Shown one piece after another: positions 31,950-44,526 of a stretch of DNA of 64,000 nucleotides. The translations under genes and the position numbers were made by a program. Origin of the DNA: Prorocentrum cordatum (Eukaryota); assembly GCA_963575745.1 (NCBI GenBank), contig CAUYUJ010000196.1, forward strand, positions 1 to 64,000, in the 5' to 3' direction. Position 1 is the first letter of the stretch. Each line of letters begins with the position of its first letter. The notes below the pieces were generated by a model, which saw only the letters and a program-made list of their open reading frames with translations, did no database searches and was not told the origin of the DNA.

Positions 31950-34900
31950 AAAGAACGCACCCGTCAGTTCCGCCACTCGTCGTCGCTCGCCTCTTCCCCG
32001 TCCGAGCGACGATGCGGTAGTGCCGATGGACGTGTGCCTGAACCTGCTTGCGCGCCCTCTTCCTCCATCTAAGCAAAGAGCAGGGGGCCGACGAGGGGAT
32101 TGGGATGTCTGGGTGTTTTACCAGCGCCCCAGCGCCCATACCTCGCGAACACGAAATGTCATGGCGCCGCCAATACGCGGGCCAGCTTGGGGTGCTTCCC
32201 CTTCAACCGCCTATCCCGTGCAGCAGCGGTGGAGTCATGCATCGACTTCATCTTGTGGGAGTCAGCGCCTTTGAGACAATCTTGCCGAATATCGCGAAAT
32301 TGACCGCCCGTTCTGCGCGACCTGCAATGATCGCAGTCTTGGAGCAACATGCGACCGACGCAGGAAAAGACCATACGCGAGAGCTTACGCTGCCCAATTT
32401 CGAGGGCAACCGCGGGCAGCTCGCCAGATCAACCGGCGATCGGAGGCATCAAGTCAGAACGTATACACTCGAAGCAACGCTGGCAACTCCCAAACTACTA
32501 CAACTGAACACTCCTGGGAAGTGCCACCCCTCGATAGGGGGAGGGAGGAGTCCGGGCATGCTGCCCAGGCTGCATCGGCCAAGGTGGCAAAAGACGGGCG
32601 GCGAGAATTCAGACTGCACGAGCGACCCTGACTTGGTCCCCTATAGCCTGCAACTCCGCCTCCGATGCCCTGGGAGGTCTCCAAATTCATTTCTTGGAAG
32701 CCTCGTCTGCTCGAACATTGCCAAACTGACACAGAATGCTCCTACTCCAGAAAAGTGCAGATTGTCCACGGCGTGTGCTTTGACGTCATGCGCGGCTGCG
32801 TACTTACTCTGAGGCGCATTCAAAAGGGGTTCCAGTGTGCCACTTTTTATGTGCGACCTGCTGGGCCACTGGAGCCGTGAACGCAGAGACCGTGCGGGAG
32901 CAATCGGACCAACCCATAGATGGCCCCACTGGGAGCTCACTGGCGGCGGCCCCGAGCCCGCAGATTTCGCCAGCCTGGAAAGTCCGAAGGAGGAAACTGG
33001 GGACAGGCCCCAGGACAGCGCAAACTAACTTGCACTGATCGTCGAAAACCGCCGCCCCCCCAGCCAGCCCTGGACATCTCCACCATGGGACTCTCGGGGC
33101 CTGGCCCATCAAAAAACATGCGCCCCTCTAAGCCCGTTGAAGTCGACGTAGGATCCTCCACCCAATGCGCGCACGTGCCTCCTTTAGCGACGGGCACTGA
33201 CACAGTCTCGCCCAGGTGCTGAAAGATAGCCTTAGTGACCATATTCCAATCTGGGCAATTGTGTCGGATATCTTTGGCCCTGGCGATGAAAAGCTAGCGT
33301 CGGCGCCCTCCAAGTGTTGGTCACTGGATCACTGGCGGCCCAGCAATTCCAAATGCGATGGTGCTTGGCCCACCGCGAGCCCGCGCAGCGGGCAGAGCAG
33401 ATCGTCAAGCAGGTGCCCTAGTTCGCTTTGAGCGTGGTCCAGCATGCTCCGCGCGCTAGAGCCCTCATGCAACCCTTTTCGAAACGAGACCACTCATTCC
33501 TCCTGAGCTCTTGGAGATCTGGGTCGCAGCACGCCCTATCGAAGCCAATCCCGGCAGCAGCTCCAGACGGCCTCCGAGGATGCCGCAGGGCTCCTTCCCT
33601 CAGAAACCTCGTGAGCACCCCACGGGAAGTGGTAATATCAGCGATCACCGTGGTAATATCTGCCATGGCATGCTCCACCCAGTGCTGGCAAGCGAGGCAC
33701 TCACAGCAGAGAGCGCTTCTGAAACTGCGCCTCAGGCCAGCACGGGCCCAGAGAGCCGCGTGGTAGCATGGGTCGTGCTCCAGAGTGCTCAGCGCAGCGA
33801 GTCTGTGAAAGCCAGCAGACGGCTTGGCTCACTTGCCGAATGTTCAACGCAACAACTTGAGCTCGCGGACCGAGGCGCCGTGTTTCTCTTTGCCGGGACT
33901 TACACCTGCCAAGAAACTCCTCCCGAAGTATTTTCAGCTGTCAGGACTTGATATTCCAGCCCGTGTTCATATTCATACACCTCTGGGGCACTTCGTCGCA
34001 ATCGGTAGCAACAACCAACTTGTGTGGTTGGACCAGGAAAACGTGCGCCTGATACTGGGGAGCTCAGGGCCGAATCGAAGACCAGGAAGTGCAATTCACA
34101 GTTTCAACTACTAGCTGATGGGTGCGCGGCTGGCTGGCTGGCTGGGGGGGCCTGTACAATTGGCGGGGATCGGCCACTTCCGGGAACTTGCATGGGCGCT
34201 TGGCCGCGCCACTGAGCATACGATTCGGCGCCTTGCTCCCATCTCGTGAAGCTCTGGCAACCGAGACAGGTGCTCCACTGATAGAATCGCTGCATTCCCA
34301 CGAATTGTGCCTGCCTGGCCGAACGAGCGTGGATTCTCGGCAGGGATTTGGGGCAACCGATCGCCGTCCGACATGGCGGTGGAGGTTCCGCCAACCATAC
34401 GACGCGGCGAGCTTGGAAGGCATCCAACTTCCTTCAAATAGCGATGGAAATCAGATGCGATGGTATCCAGAGGGACAGTCGGGGGGTCGCCTCTCCCCTC
34501 AGGTGTCTTCCCCCCAAGCCGCTAAAAAAGAGACACGACCTCATGAACTGCTATGTTTCAAGCTGCCGTGCGGGATATGAGAGGAGGAAAGCGATGGGGA
34601 GAGGACAACAAGGCGCACTATAACGAAAAAGGGAATGTGGAGGAAGATGAGGAAGATGGTGAGAACGAGGGTGAACATTAGGCGGAGGACTAGGATAAGG
34701 AGAGAGCATCCGGAAATTGAAGTGCTTGCCACGATTGGTTTGTATTGCTATTAATACCGACTGCAACGCAGACCATGGACTCCCAGATCGGGCCAATGGC
34801 CTCACACTGCGCGAGGCGACACACAAATGCGTCTTAGAAACTCATGCCGATCTCACCCCAGGCCCTTCAACCGCGATCCCATCCAGGCGGGAAGAGGACG

Positions 34901-35390
34901 GGGATAAGGTGGAGGAGCAGCGGGGAAAAGGATTTTTAAGAGCAGCTACGGGTCCGAGAGCCTGCAACCTCCACGATGACCACGAGGAAGGCGATGAAAA
35001 GGAAGGCGCAGGCGACCACCCAGAGCAGCCCCGACCACGACTCCAGGCAGTGCGGTCTCATCCGGGAGCTCGGCGTGCAGCATAGAATAAGCGACTCGAC
35101 GTAGAGGAAGAGCACTCGGCGCACTGCGGGGCCGCAAGCCCATCGAAGCGGAACGGGGCCAGGCCGTCCGTTTCCATCGACACCCGATGCTCCACCTCAG
35201 CCTACAGCAACGCCAGCGCTGTGGCTGCAGACTCACGTGGCTCGCGGATGAACTCGGCATTCTTGGAGGGTGCTGGGAGCGCGTATGCAGCCACAACGGC
35301 TGCCATGCCAGGGACTCGGCGGTGTCCAACAGCTCCGCGTCGGACAGCTCCTCGAGACCACGACACCCTGAAGCCACTCCCCCGTAGAGC
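31950..35390 (-). pseudogene. Decayed non-LTR (LINE-like) retrotransposon, 3' part, with an RNase H domain and a C-terminal Cys/His region
   Basis: Frameshifted RNase H motifs at ~32680-33130: GRMFFDG...SRAGWG, LGPVPSFLLRTFQAGEICGL, WSDCSRTV, VKAH, RNEFGD. C-terminal CDHC...RLKGKHP. The RT is barely recognisable or deleted. Confidence 0.55.
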
Positions 35391-35736
35391 AGTATTTCCT
35401 CTGAGAATCGGGGTAAGATGACAAAGGAATTCAGATCTCATGTTCACTCTGCTCAGCGAGAGAGGGCGCGTGATGAGACATCGATAAGACAAGTAACCGG
35501 TAAGCAAATTTACTCTATCAAGAATGGTAAGCGAGGTGGCCGGCCGGCCGACGACACGACGACGACGCGGGGACGACCCCGCGGCGCGCGCGCGAGCGAA
35601 CCAGCTCGCACCTTTTATCTCCTGTAAGCAAACATACAGCTGCGGATAATCACCGCAATCATGGTCAGACAGTGCGCAGCAATGCAAGTGATACAACAAG
35701 CAATATAAATATGAGGAGGAGAGGAGCATATTTACT
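35391..35736 (-). repeat. 3' LTR (346 bp)
   Basis: Ungapped match to 58251-58596 (offset 22,860), with 27 mismatches by manual count (~92% identity). Preceded on the minus strand by the PPT-like GCGGGGGG (35737-35744). Confidence 0.95.
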
Positions 35737-36020
35737 CCCCCCGCGGCGGGCCTCGTAGAGCCCATCCGGCCACGACACCCCTGGCCTATATATGTGCAAC
35801 CACCGGAGCGAACCGCAAAAAACTTTTACCGCTCAACGGTGGCCACCAGGGGGCTAAGGGCCGAAGAGGCCCGACGACTCCCACAATCATATACATCAAT
35901 TCTCTCCGCTGGTCCGGCTTAGCCGATCAGCAGAGTTGCTTACTCACCCGACACGACTTCGTCGCGCGGACGAGAACTCTCTTGCATGCGCCTGCCGCGA
36001 CTAAGTCACGCGGGCGAAAC

Positions 36021-38020
36021 TCAGTCCAGCTCCCTGAACGGGTTCTCTTCTCCCGTCGGTGGCGCCGGAGGCGTCGGGTTCGACGGCGCCGAGCCCCCAG
36101 TCTGTCCCTCGCCGCCACGAGGCGAACGTGACCGTCCTTTGCCACTATTAGTGTAGTATGCTGCTCTGTCGTTCTTCTCCTTGTTCTTGGACGCCTTCCC
36201 CTTCGGCGGGAAGCGAAAGCCATGCTCAAACGAAGACAGCGCGTGCCAAACCTGCGCCCACCAGACATCGTCGGACAACCACGTGATCCGATCCCGGTGG
36301 GCGCAGTCTCCGACCTGCACAGTGTTCGCGCAGTGCGGGCGGGACAGGAGCGGGTCGTAGCCGACAGCGCCGCGGCCGACATCCATGGCTCCATCGCGCG
36401 CGCGCGGGGGCCTCGACCAATCCCATGCGTCAGAATACCATGAGTATTCCTCTCTTGCCGTCGCGGCTGTGCCGGCGACAGAGCGTGGGGATTCGGTAAC
36501 TTCGTCGCCAGCCCGAGCGTCTGAGACGTCGGGTCTGCGCGGCGGAGGTGGCGGCTGCGGTCTGGCTTTCGCCGCATCCTGTGCTCGTATTGGCCCCGCG
36601 GAACCAGCTTCGCTGCCGTGGTGAGGATTGGCATTTCTGTTCTCACGAACGTTCTGCTTGCGATCTCGCATGAACTTCAGCGGACTCCTAGCAGGAGTAG
36701 CTACTGGGATGCCAAATATTCCGCATGCAGTGCGGAATGGGCCTGCGTCCTTATCCTGGAGCTCCGTCCCAGGATCTATGTATTTGTTCTGGGCCCCAGA
36801 AATGGCCTCTTCTAATAGTGCGCCCTCACGACGAATGTCGGTTTGCACCTGCCTACCCAAATTACGGGCCCACTCTCCTATGAGGTCGTCTGTTTGGACA
36901 GCGGCGCAAATGCGACATTCAAGAGCATATTCATCTCTCCGTCGCCTCAAGTAGACGGGATATGCGTTCTCTCTCGCGGGGCGAATTCTTCGCCCCGGGT
37001 AACCGACAAAGTGTCCATCTGAAATGAAGGAGCTCATGGTCTCGCGAACGATAGCAAGTATTCTTATGATGCGAAGACCAAGCTGCATTTGTTGTACAAG
37101 GGCCATCCAGTTCCCTGCAACTTTGTTCGTCACAATAGGTGGGGCCTCGTGTTCCGTTTCCCCTGAGAGTCGCAACCTATCGGGATCATTGGAGTTTGAG
37201 CGAACGCCTGTGTACTCAACAACATATTGTGCTGCGATCACCCTGGCCTCTAACCCGTGTAAAGAAATATTTATCGAGCTGTCCTCGCAATGGTTATATG
37301 CATAACCGTCGGGCTGGTCAAAGTTGATCGCCCCTCCGGTTATCAGCGCGGCCTTAGGCCCGCTGATTGCTGAGAAGTCAAGTCCGACCTGTGATTGCGC
37401 GCCTGCCATCACGGCTGCGCCGGTGGCGGGTTGCAGCAATGGTACTATGAGGCGATGATCGCGACACTCATTGATCCGTCTGGCGACGGAATGAGAATTG
37501 CGGGTTGGCCTCGCCTCGAGACTGTTCTCCCAGGCAACGGGTATGCGTCCGCGAGGATTTTGCCCTGCGCGAGGGTTTTGCCCTGCGGCTTCCAGGCAGC
37601 CACGGTGCCCCCATGGCTACCGCGTTTACAATTGTCTGAAGCGTCGGGACAAAGACATTTTGCCTGGTCATCTGGTTGTGCCATCTTTCCCAACCCAGCA
37701 CCGGTTCGACGACATCGTCCTGATATTCTGGCCAGTCGAAGGCTGCCAGAGCCGGGCAAGATATTGGGCGAGCGTACTGATCGATATTTGTCTTTCACAG
37801 CAATGGCCACCATACCTGGATCACAGGAACCTGCGTTCCCGCTCTCGCGGCTGAGAACGCAAGCCATTCGACGAACCTCAAGGGCTTCACTGGAAGAAAG
37901 GGCCAGGGCGCGCCAGCGGCTGAGCCGCGGCGTCCGTTGGAACCCAAGCAGGGAAATTGCCTGGCTGGCTGTTCCCAAAATCTGGCCTGCGGCAGCCACG
38001 CGCGCAAATTCCCCATTCAC
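36021..38020 (-). CDS. Uncharacterised terminal cargo ORFs of the copia element (37445-38020, 36021-37439)
   Basis: Adjacent same-strand ORFs of 191 and 472 aa with normal amino-acid complexity. No family recognised. Confidence 0.5.
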
Positions 38021-38215
38021 CCACTTTCGCTACTGCTGTTGGTTACTGCTGATGTTCTTCATCACGATCGCAGAAGCCCTCTGTTGTCTTCCCCCACGCG
38101 CTTTGATCCACTCGGGACGCGTGTTGGGAAGATTGTGGTGTTCATTCACATGAAATCTAAATCCATCTGCCTCGAGGGATCGCGGAATCATCCTTCTGTT
38201 CCACGTCTGAGTCAT

Positions 38216-39420
38216 TTAGTCGTGTGTGAGTCTATGTTTGCATTTGATCCGACAGCTGCAAACTGGACAGTGTTCGAAGCCCGCGCGCACCCAGTGAAAT
38301 CGGTAGCACAGGAACCTTCCGTCATCTTCCCAAGGGACAGACAGAACCCGTTCTTGTGCTTCGGGTGACAACTGTGGCCTGCGATTCGGCACCAACGATA
38401 GAGTCTCGTCTGTGTGAATCCCAGCAACCATTGATTCGTTGTCAAAAGTCACTTCGTACGAGGCCCACTCACGGTTGAAGAAAACGGACCAGAACGTCTG
38501 ATGTGCTAGGGAGCCATCGTTACCAACTCTAACACGGGTGACAGCCTTGTCGATATCAGTGAACTTCGGCACCTCTCGAGACACGAGGGTCCCGGCTTGG
38601 CAAACCCTGCGCGAGAATCGCGTGGGCACTCGGCCAGTGAAAACCAAGAATGGGTGCCCAGGACTCTCTGTGGTTGGGGAGCTTTTCCCATAGATGGACA
38701 GTGTCCTCTGCGGGCCAAGCCCCCACAGTTGGCAGCTCTCCTTCTTGTGCCTCGCGGCCCATGGACACAAAATGCCTTGCAGGGGGAGCCTCCCCGTACC
38801 TCCGCTGGCTGAGCCACGGAGGGACCTTTCGCAGTGTTCTGCATTAGGCATTGTTGGGCTCCTTTTAGTTGGAAGCAGCCTCGGCAGATCGCAAGCTGCT
38901 TCAAGGTAAAGCCCTGAGTCTTTCTTCGGAAAGCGGACTCTCCCATCCGTGGGCTCCAAGAAAGTCTGCATGTATGTGACATGGAGATGGGATCCGTGAC
39001 TCCTGACTTGGCCAGGGCCATATGGGACGCACATTCTTTCAATGGAAGCAACGAACGTGGAATGTCCCTGGCATGCACGGTAGAAAACGGGGATAGCAAC
39101 ACCGCTCCTCTGTTTTTCTTGCGAGGGGCACGCCTTGTACTGAGTCCACATGTTGTGAACACGTGTTCCAATGATGTCGTTACTATGTTTGGGGAGTATT
39201 CCCAAAACTTCCACTGTCTCTGATAGCAGCGCGGCTAAGCCGTGCGCGGCAAGAGCATATGACTGGAAAGCGAAGCCGTCCTCTGCAATCTTCTGCACAA
39301 GGTCTCCAAAGTAGACCCAGCCACCCGACGATCTCGCATAGTCCGAGCAATGCCTCGCGAGGTATACAGCGAATTTGCCTATGTGCTCAGCAAACTTGTC
39401 CGCTCGGCAGCTCTGGGGGC
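38216..39420 (-). pseudogene. Tpt1/KptA RNA 2'-phosphotransferase-like domain
   Basis: In frame upstream of the listed ORF: GKFAVYLARHCSDYARSSGGWVYFGDL (LRH...GWV motif). Then FYRACQGHST (IRAxQGHS), HLHVT (LYHGT-like) and CQAGTLVSREVP (SxNGVxL-like). Confidence 0.7.
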
Positions 39421-39421
39421 T

Positions 39422-41560
39422 TCAAGATTCCGCGCTGCCCAAGGCAGCTGGATTTTGGTTGTCCTCAACCCCAACTACCAACGGTACCAGGCACTTAAAG
39501 GACTTCGGAGTGAACCCTTCTGGGACATCTTCGGAATAAAACTCAGCTCGGAGAAGATCCATTGCCTGATCAAACGCGCCGTCAACTTGGTTGAGGCTGC
39601 CCAATAATGCGAAAATCTGGTCTTCCGCAAACTCTGCAATATATCGGAGCGCATTACCTGTTTGATTGCGCACGGCTTCGATATGCGGAGGAACGGGACC
39701 AGTCATGTGGGCATCGCGGACTTTCTGTCTCACTGGACCAGGTGTTCTCTGAATGATTCGTCCGCGTTCTTCATTTGAAACATCTAGCTGTCTGCCTTGA
39801 AATAAAACAGCACGCCCAACGTTAATATCTTGATCCCCACCGTGGGGATGTATAGGCGCGGGCTCGCGCTGTCTCCTGTCAGGAGCAGGCGGCAGACTCA
39901 CTATGCGGAATAGGTTCTCAGATGCAGGGCCGAGAAGGTAATTCTCGTCTTCCATGGCATCAACTGGTTCAGGATCCTCATCGTATGGAAAGGCTTAAAC
40001 ATCCTCAGGTTCAGCGTCTGCTTCCAGGAGCCCCGGAGTGCCTGAGGCATCCGGGTCCTGTCCTGCAGAGGGAATTTCTGTTTCCTGTAGTCCGCTCGAA
40101 GCGGCTGCCGATGCTGGCGCCTTGGCGACAGGTGCAGTCTCATCCTCCGACGGGTCTATCGTGGGGGAAGACTGTTCTTGGCATGCCCCAGGCTGTTCAG
40201 CGTGTTCCGCTCTGGCTGGGCCAGGCGGAGGGGTCGGAGGGTTCGCCGTCACGGCTGCGCCGGTCGGAGGCGCAGGAGGAGTCGGAAGTCTACTCCCACT
40301 CGCACCGGACTCCTCTGCTGCTTGAGGCCTAGACCTCTCGCGCCTTTCAGGCACCATAGGAGGACGGGAGAAATTTGAATCCACTTTAAGGATCTGATCA
40401 ACAACAGCATCTGCAAATTTATTCCATGCAAGCGAGTGGGTCTCTGGTTCATGCATGTTCCGCATCCTATATCTCAGGTAGACATAGCTCGCAGCCTCAA
40501 TAAATGCGACAGCGTCTATCCTAAGTCCTATAAGCTCTTCAGTCTCTGGCCCTTTTGATATAAGATCACGCCATCTGTAAAATAACAGTTTTTCTATGTC
40601 CAACACTTTGCGCGCTCTGGAACGCGAAAAATGCATTTCTGAAACGTGTTTCATGGCTATGAAGATATTACTTGTATCATCGGCTCCGACCAACATCGGC
40701 GAGTCCTCAGACGAGACGCCCCCGTCCGACTGAGTCGGGGGCGGTGCTCCAGGGATGTCCAATGCATCGTCGCCACCATCTCGGGCAGGAGCCACATCCT
40801 CGGCGGGCGTTGCTTTTGCCTCGGCCGCCGTTGCACTTTCAACATGGTTCTTCGCCTTTGCGGGTTGACCCCCTGCAGCACTCCCTTCGGCATGCTATGG
40901 GTCTCCCAGGCGTCTGGCCCATTTAGGTGCAGCCTTTACCGGAGGCTCTGCCTTCTGATGACTCTGACCCGTTGGCAGAGGATTGGCAACGTTGGGCCCA
41001 ATGAGTTGGGTCAAATTAGCCGGAGGGTCACGAATACTTGGTTTCCAGATCTTAGGCGGGCTGCCAGCCGTGTCTATGCCTCCAGGCTTTGCCGGTGGCT
41101 GCATCGATGGAGATGCCGCAGGGTTTTCTTCAACGCGATGCATCTTCGCTGGCGGAGGATTCATCGCATGCGCTTCTGGGCCAAATTGTGGCGGAGGCGG
41201 AGCTTTCTTGGGCATCATTTTTTCGCCTGTTGCACATCCCTGGGCCCAACAATGCGTCGTTCGGCTTCTTGGCCGGCGGCGGCGTCGGTGCTTGAATCGC
41301 CGGTGGAGCCTTCTTAGGATCTGCCTCTCTCGGCCCTTCATCGGGCGATCCCCCCTTAGGAGGAGGAGGCAGCATGGGCGTTTTCATAAGCGCGTCGGCC
41401 TTAAGAATAGAGGGCCAAGCCTCGGCCCGCGGGGGCGGAGGCTTAAATGCTCTCTCAGTGCTCGCAGACGCCTGCCCTAGATGCGGGAAGTTCCCGGTCT
41501 CAATCGAAAATTGGCCGCCGGACGGCTTAGCCGCCGGCTCCACCTGTTTGGCTTCCGCGG
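39422..41560 (-). pseudogene. Cargo linker region: Pro-rich segments and short helical domains (ORF pieces 41130-41543, 40895-41341, 39995-40795, 39422-39955)
   Basis: Overlapping same-strand ORF fragments that tile between the ART-like and Tpt1-like domains. Confidence 0.45.
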
Positions 41561-41573
41561 TTTTCTTCGACTT

Positions 41574-43082
41574 TCATGTTTCTTCTTTGTTGTGTTCGAC
41601 TACCTTCGCGGATTCCTTGGAGGCCTCATTCCTGTGTAATGGGTGAATCTTTGTTAGCCTGACTCCCTTGTGTTGGAGCAGCCAAGGCCAGATATCATCA
41701 ATAGTGTCATCATCAAAGTGAAGACTTAGTCCCCTTTGCCAGGCAATCGGTTCTAAATTTGAAACCCAGGCCATCTGTGCCTCCCGGACTTGATCCGTGG
41801 CCTGTGTTCGATCGTCGTCTAGGTATGTTTCGACCTCGAAGTCCTGCTCCAAATTCCAACCGTTCTGTCTGGCAACATGTTGCAAATGCACATACGCGTC
41901 CGTAACATGAAGTGCTGCAGGAGCCCAGTGGCACAGTCGCAGCTCGTGCAAAACGTCACCAGTCGGGTCGCTCACATACTGTAGGGGCTTTCCTTTGATG
42001 ACTTTTGGTTTCTTAGTGAAGAAAACAATCTCAGCAGTTGCCCATATACTGTCTCCAAAGGTCTCCTCAGCAACGGAGTACATCGCGCGCGTAATGGGGT
42101 TATCGACACATGGAAAAGAATACACCCCAACCGCGTGCGCCTTGACATTTCCTCCGCATCTGAGATCAGAAGGAAGCAACTGATGAACCTCCAATATTGC
42201 GTGGAGAGCAGTCACAGATACACCGCGGGACTGCTTTGTTCAGCCTGCGGATGGGTGAAAGACCTCCGCAATCTTTTCATCTGCCACAAAGAAAGGTAAC
42301 GAGAGCTCAACACAATGGGCAACGCCCACTCTATGAGTCTTCACCGACAACCTGGCCCAATTCAGACGATCAGCAACTGTGGCTGCTGCGTCCGCTCTTG
42401 ACCGGTCGGCTTTGACCCTAAAGAAACGCGCCCAATTCGGAACCATATAGTTCGGTTCCATAGGTGGGGTTTTCGTTGACTTCTGCGGCAGCTGGAAAGC
42501 AAGCCACGCTTCCCCGTTGGCGGCTTTCTGAACCATCTTTTGTTGATAGCTCCTAGCCGGGTTCTTCGCTTGTGCAACTTCTGCAGCGCGGCCATCCTCG
42601 CCTGGGTAGGCGTTCCCTGGCGTCGTGCCTCTACGGAGGCTTCCGTCAGCGATCGTGAATGGACGACGAAAATCATGGTGAACAATGTCTGTCCCCGTTG
42701 CGCTTTGATAAGGCAACCTCTTCGTATGCTGATACGACAAACGGCATGGCCAAAAGGGCTCCTCTTCTCCTGGGCTACCTTCTTTCGGCCGCTTCGGGAA
42801 CTTGTATCTGCCGCTGAGCCTAGTTGCGTCTCCCTCCGGGCATTTACCGCGAAGGTATCTCTCTGCTGTCACTCCAGGCGTTTCTACTTCTTGAATACGA
42901 GAAGGCGGCGCCAAAGGAGGACTGCGGGGCGACTGAGCCGTCCGCGCACTAGAGTCAGTGCCCGAAACGGCTGAACCGCCGGGCGCGACGTCTCCGCTGG
43001 AAGCGGCGGCGCCAGCCGATGGCGCGACGTGAACAGGGATGGCTATGTCACCCGAGGCCGACCCACTCACCGAAACGGCCAA
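41574..43082 (-). pseudogene. Cargo ORF with a possible ADP-ribosyltransferase-fold domain (~41900-42230); in-frame TGA at 42240
   Basis: ORFs 42240-43082 and 41574-42215 are in the same frame. SRGVSVTALHAIL...LLPS...GVYSF...AMYS resembles the PARP-like [H/R]G...I...G.Y...Y pattern. Confidence 0.4.
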
Positions 43083-44526
43083 GCCGCTCGGTGCCGCTGC
43101 CGGCGCTGCCTTGTGCAGCCCGTTAAGCGCATGTGCTCGTCATTTTGCGCGCCTTCTTCCTCCGATATTTGGCTTTTCCCTTTTGGCGGCATCCCTGGGC
43201 AGAATTCTCTCCGCGCGGCAAGAAGTATATGTCGTCTTTCCATGGGAACAAAGTCCTCATATGCCGCTCCCCGCTTGAGAAAGTTCACAAAATCCTCCGA
43301 GCAATATGAGTGCATTGCGCCACCTCCAGAACCGTCTGAGACGGCTGGAAAATCATCTCTGCTCAAAACTGTCCTGAACGGGCGACGAGCATTGAGTATC
43401 GACGTACTTATGTTGCCCGCGGACGGGGCCCAGTCCTGCCAGTACATGACTAGCTCATTAACGGCCGCTTCCTGCTGGGCATAACCGCCTTCTCTTGTCG
43501 CGCATGTCATGTGGCCATTCCGTGCGGTTGAGCCGCCGGGGGGTTGGCATAATAATAACACGGCTAGCTTGGCAGTTCTGGCCAAGTAGTCTGCACACAA
43601 CTGGCCAGCACTCGCGCTCACTATTTGCCCACCATTGTTCAATGCGTAGTCCTGGTGGTTCGCATTAAAGTGAAAGGTGTCTCCTGAGCGATGCCTAAGC
43701 TGCCGGTAGAGGCTCACTCCGTCGAGGATCATTGTCCTAGGAAACATTCCTATGGCTTTGTAGTGTTCGATCCGACGGTTCATTCTGGCCCGAACAAGGG
43801 TGGCAACATCGTCCCACATCGGGTCTACGCCATCTCCATCAACCTGCCAGCACTTGTGGTCCCCACCAACATACATAATCTCAATCGCCGCATCGGAAGA
43901 ACGGCCCATCGCGTCGTCCACCAGCTTGACCGCATCCTCTACCATTATTCTAAGGCTTCCTGCACATGCGAATGGGTTATCCTGTCTTTTTGGCCCTGTG
44001 CCAACTCCGTTCAATTCGCATGTGTTATCAACAATGTCGTTGAAGCTCCAAAAGGTGAAGCGCATCGGAGTTTGGGTCCCCTTTTTGAAGTGCCCATTCT
44101 TGTCCCGCTGAAAGTTTGAAGAAGCCTCCCGAATGGCCGAGACCAGAGCTCCACTGATGGCGTTTTGTGAGCTTCCAAACACGATTTCTCGCAGGTTGTA
44201 CTCAGGGAGAAAGCTAGACTTCGCCTTCCCGGGTCCATCCTTGAATACAATTGTGGAATCAGAAACAATGTGAACAAAAAAAAAAAAAAACAATACATAT
44301 TCGACCCGCTCTTCATCAAGCACAGCGGGCGGAAGAAATCAGTCATGGGTTTCCCTGTGTCTGACACGGCCGCAAGGTCCTCTCCTATAAATAGAATCCA
44401 CGAATGTCCGTTGACCCTGGCGATTTGCGAGATGGCCTGACACTTCTTAAGAAATGTCAGTTTGACTGCCCAGGTCTTCATCATCGGGTCTGTGATCCCA
44501 ATATAAAGATCAAGGATCTCGTTCAC
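43067..44526 (-). pseudogene. SGNH/GDSL hydrolase (esterase)-like domain; frameshift in the poly(A) tract 44276-44290
   Basis: All four blocks in order: HIVSDST (S), NAISGA (G), FWSFND (N), DTFHF (H). Confidence 0.7.

Noticed and set aside
34100..34560. Remnant of a LINE RT domain
   Set aside because: Only faint resemblance across several frames and no YxDD; not called separately.
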